From: an uncultured Ectothiorhodospiraceae bacterium
GTDB taxonomy: Bacteria > Pseudomonadota > Gammaproteobacteria > UBA9214
Length of the DNA: 64,000 bases
Assembly: GCA_947258545.1 (NCBI GenBank)
Contig: CAMYJI010000003.1
Span: 37,231-101,230, forward strand
Direction of reading: 5' to 3'
Position numbers and translations under genes: made by a program
Notes under the pieces: generated by a model
Databases searched by the model: none
Told to the model about the DNA's origin: nothing
The model's input: the letters and a program-made list of their open reading frames with translations, nothing else
Shown: piece by piece, positions 61,359 to 64,000 of the stretch
How positions within the stretch are numbered: the stretch's first letter is position 1
How the letters are laid out: the number at the start of each line of letters is the position of its first letter

Positions 61359-62246
61359 TCAGTTTTCTTGCTGCCCGGAGACCGGGGTCAGCTTCCTGTT
61401 ACTTTCCCGGAAAATCCGCTGCGCGTTGTCATGGGCAATGCCGGCCGCGATATCGGGTGGCAACTGGCGCAACCACGCGCGTGCCGCCTCCGCGAGATCG
61501 ATCAGTTCCACCCAGCGGCCGGGGGTATAGGTGTCCATGCCGACCAGGCAACGCTGCGGGTAATTGGCAAACAGGGCCTCCCATTCGGGCGTCAGCTTCC
61601 CTTCCCGGGTGATTCCCTCCCGAAACGACAGCTCCAGGTAAAGTTGTCCATGTCCCTCGAGCAGGCGTCGCAGTGTTGCAATCGGCACATCGAAGCCCGC
61701 ATGGGCCCAGATGACCGGGATGTCCGGCGCCTGTTCCAGGATAGCCGTCATCCCCAACCGGTCGGTGTGCGCATGCAAGGCCAGCTGATGCTCACGCGCC
61801 AGTCGGATGACTTGCATGACGACCGCTGTCCTGGCGTCGTCACCGAAGACGTGGAACTCACCGATGCCACGGTAAGGAATGCGTGTCAGATGTTCACGTA
61901 TATACCGAGGTATGGTGTCGTCCCTGAACCAGGTATAGCGCCCGCTGCGACTGGCATAGGGGCGCAGGAAGGGTACGACGCGCCCCGGGGCGATTCGGTA
62001 GAGTCTTTCCGCTCCCTCGGTAGGCGTGGCCGAGACCAGTGCCCGGCTGATGCCGGCCTCCGTTAGCTTCTCCAGCACTCGCGCGGGCGGCAGCGTCTCC
62101 CAGACGTCCGCGTTATAATGAAGATGCGCATCAAAGATCGGGATCGGCTGTTCCTCCGCCTTGAGTGCGCATAGCGGTAACAACAGGGCACTGCAGAGCA
62201 GCATCGATAATCTGCTTATGCTTGTTGACGTAGTCATCGAAGCCAT
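61359..62246 (-). CDS. Amidohydrolase-2-like metal-dependent hydrolase (exported)
   Basis: Signal-like N-terminus, then IFDAHLHY (the H-x-H metal motif), with later HAH and WAHAG motifs. Confidence 0.78.
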   Translation of the reverse strand: MASMTTSTSISRLSMLLCSALLLPLCALKAEEQPIPIFDAHLHYNADVWETLPPARVLEKLTEAGISRALVSATPTEGAERLYRIAPGRVVPFLRPYASRSGRYTWFRDDTIPRYIREHLTRIPYRGIGEFHVFGDDARTAVVMQVIRLAREHQLALHAHTDRLGMTAILEQAPDIPVIWAHAGFDVPIATLRRLLEGHGQLYLELSFREGITREGKLTPEWEALFANYPQRCLVGMDTYTPGRWVELIDLAEAARAWLRQLPPDIAAGIAHDNAQRIFRESNRKLTPVSGQQEN

Positions 62247-62499
62247 CCTCTCCCCGTTGCGTGTGACTGACTCTCAACGCTGTATTCCCACTGCACCCTG
62301 GTACTGGCTCACGTTGCTGCTGTGCGGAACCTCACATCCGCCTGCAGTCAGGGCTCACATTTCCGGACATCCTGCCATGCCCCACCCCTCGATGAGCAAC
62401 CGGTCACAGTCCGCACGCCACTCGTTAACTAGGGTAACAACCAGTCGGTATCTATCTCAAACCCTTTCACCGGTGACGTGGAACAAATGGAGAGCAAAC

Positions 62500-63258
62500 A
62501 TGAAACTACAAATCGAACTGGTCGCGCTCGGCCTGCTTGCCTGCTGCCTGGCAGCACCCTCGGTACATGCCGGCGCCTTCGGCAACGACGGCATGGTCGG
62601 CAAACACTTTCAGGTCAACCTGATCGGCGTACCGCGTGACAAGGGCGCAGACATGACGAACACAAGCCGGCGGGCAATCTTCGTACCGCTGGACAGCGGC
62701 GATGATGTCGGACGCAAGGTCAAGATCAAGTACGTAGCAGGCGACAGCTTCGCGGTACTGGACGGCAATGCAACCGATGACAATCTCGCAGTCATCCAGG
62801 TTCCCCACGAGCACTGCGTCGACTACACGGCCGGCTGCACCGACCTCGTCGCCTATGATGTTTATGGCATCGCCCTGGGCAAACCCTATGGCGGCGCCCT
62901 GGTGTCCGCCGAATGCAGCTACACCCTCACGGTCGTGGACGCGGGCGGCACAAGCGATCTGGAATGCGAGGACACCCTGCTGATGGGCTCTTTTGAACTC
63001 AACCGCGGCAAGGGAAAACCCAAGGTCGAGGACATCACCAACATCTTCCGCGCCGAGGGCTGCCTGGACGTCGCCGAGGATGACGGCAGCTTCAGCGGCA
63101 CCTGCGAATCGGGTGACATCGAATTCAGGAATCTCTGGATATTCAATATCGAACAACTCTCGGAGTACATGTGGGACTACGACAATAACGGCCTGAAGCT
63201 GATGCAGGTGCGCTTCTACCCTTCGGTCGACACGGGCTACATCGGTACTGTCCCGTAG
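62500..63258 (+). CDS. Hypothetical exported Cys-containing protein
   Basis: The ATG at 62500 follows GGAGAG. Signal peptide MKLQIELVALGLLACCLAAPSVHA. The 365-aa track ORF is an upstream extension. Confidence 0.6.
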   Translation: MKLQIELVALGLLACCLAAPSVHAGAFGNDGMVGKHFQVNLIGVPRDKGADMTNTSRRAIFVPLDSGDDVGRKVKIKYVAGDSFAVLDGNATDDNLAVIQVPHEHCVDYTAGCTDLVAYDVYGIALGKPYGGALVSAECSYTLTVVDAGGTSDLECEDTLLMGSFELNRGKGKPKVEDITNIFRAEGCLDVAEDDGSFSGTCESGDIEFRNLWIFNIEQLSEYMWDYDNNGLKLMQVRFYPSVDTGYIGTVP

Positions 63259-63265
63259 CCCTGAG

Positions 63266-63313
63266 CGGACCGGCCCGGTTAACGCGCCAGTGACAGGCGC
63301 TGCTGCCGGTCCG
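63266..63313. terminator. Nested GC hairpin between convergent genes
   Basis: The outer stem is CGGACCGGC paired with GCCGGTCCG (9 bp). It encloses an inner GCGCC-N7-GGCGC stem. No clear U-tract. Confidence 0.3.
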
Positions 63314-63334
63314 GCCCGCCTTTGTCGGTAGGAG

Positions 63335-63757
63335 CTACCTGTTGCGATAGCGCTCGTGGCGCTGCCGGTTGAAGCTGCGCTCCTCGCGGTCACGTTTCAT
63401 GTCGTGCTTGTAGTGCGCTTTCGGCCTGTATTTCTCGCGGTGCGCCTTATGCCCGGAATGCGGCTTGTCGGCATCAATCCAGAGACGCACGCGATCGCGG
63501 CGGTCCAGGCGGTGATGCGGCGGCAAGTGCCTGGCACGCTTCCAGTGGTCATGGTCGCGGTAGTAGTAGTGCCCGGACGAAATATGGAAATAGACGCGCG
63601 TGCTGGGGTAGTAATGGTAGTGATACGGGTGGTGATAATACGAAGACCGGTAAACCGGCGGCCCGTCACGATAGTACGCGGTACAGCCGACCATACCAGT
63701 CAATAACACGGCGCCCAGGACCATCCACCAGCTTATATCGATCCTGAATCCGCTCAT
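63335..63757 (-). CDS. His/Tyr/Arg-rich lipoprotein
   Basis: Lipobox LLTGMVGC, then YYHHPYHYHYYPS, HYYYRDHDHWKRARH and a basic C-terminus. Confidence 0.6.
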   Translation of the reverse strand: MSGFRIDISWWMVLGAVLLTGMVGCTAYYRDGPPVYRSSYYHHPYHYHYYPSTRVYFHISSGHYYYRDHDHWKRARHLPPHHRLDRRDRVRLWIDADKPHSGHKAHREKYRPKAHYKHDMKRDREERSFNRQRHERYRNR

Positions 63758-63823
63758 CGGATACCTCCCCGGGTGCCGGCCGGTCAGGCGCGCAATCCAT
63801 ACAGTGACCAGCCCCTTCTATAT

Positions 63824-64000
63824 CTATAGCACACCCGTGTAGCGCAGGCCGATCACCACCAGTACCAGGCACAGGAAGGCGCGCAGGCCGTTCTCGGGTA
63901 TGTATTTGCTGAGAGCCGGTCCGATCGCCGAACCGACCACCACACCGGCCATCAGGATCCCCAGCAACGCATAGTCCAGTTCGACACCCAGGCGGACATA
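63824..64000 (-). CDS. TauE/SafE family anion exporter, C-terminal fragment (5' end outside window)
   Basis: The reverse frame reads YVRLGVELDYALLGILMAGVVVGSAIGPALSKYIPENGLRAFLCLVLVVIGLRYTGVL-stop, typical of the last TM helices of TauE/SafE. Confidence 0.72.
   Translation of the reverse strand, partial: YVRLGVELDYALLGILMAGVVVGSAIGPALSKYIPENGLRAFLCLVLVVIGLRYTGVL

Noticed and set aside
62506-63393. 295-aa minus-strand ORF
   Set aside because: It is antisense to the exported Cys-containing protein, which has an SD and a signal peptide, and it overlaps the His/Tyr lipoprotein gene region out of frame.

Overview
Visibly GC-rich bacterial chromosomal window that reads as mostly core genome. About 60 protein-coding genes can be supported. 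Housekeeping genes: rdgC, greB, hemH, yajD, arfB, trxC, rapA, pcm, ahcY, gltA, metA and ypfJ. Gene content suggests a gammaproteobacterial sulfur-oxidising, possibly autotrophic lifestyle: flavocytochrome c sulfide dehydrogenase fccAB, a large nifJ-type pyruvate:ferredoxin oxidoreductase, two PPK2 polyphosphate enzymes, c-type cytochromes and a TauE/SafE exporter fragment. This taxonomic reading is inference only. I found no rRNA, tRNA, CRISPR array, transposase, integrase or phage gene. Many long antisense ORFs in the track are high-GC artefacts. I cannot point to a clearly novel system with confidence. The best candidates are: (1) nifJ flanked by a GltD/PreT-like flavoprotein that carries an extra 2x[4Fe-4S] domain and by a DHOD/PreA-like protein that lacks it. 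(2) A PspA/IM30-like, 4-TM, exported-vWA operon divergent from an OmpR/HK pair, with an operator-like repeat between them. (3) Two envelope proteins combining repeat-bearing coiled coils with peptidoglycan-binding domains. (4) Two exported His/Tyr/Arg-rich low-complexity proteins. (5) A P-loop protein of unknown family immediately upstream of metA. Non-coding observations: a composite REP/BIME-like array abutting metA, a perfect FNR-type box, AT-rich islands and long structured leaders. All family assignments come from motif recognition by eye and have not been checked by database search.
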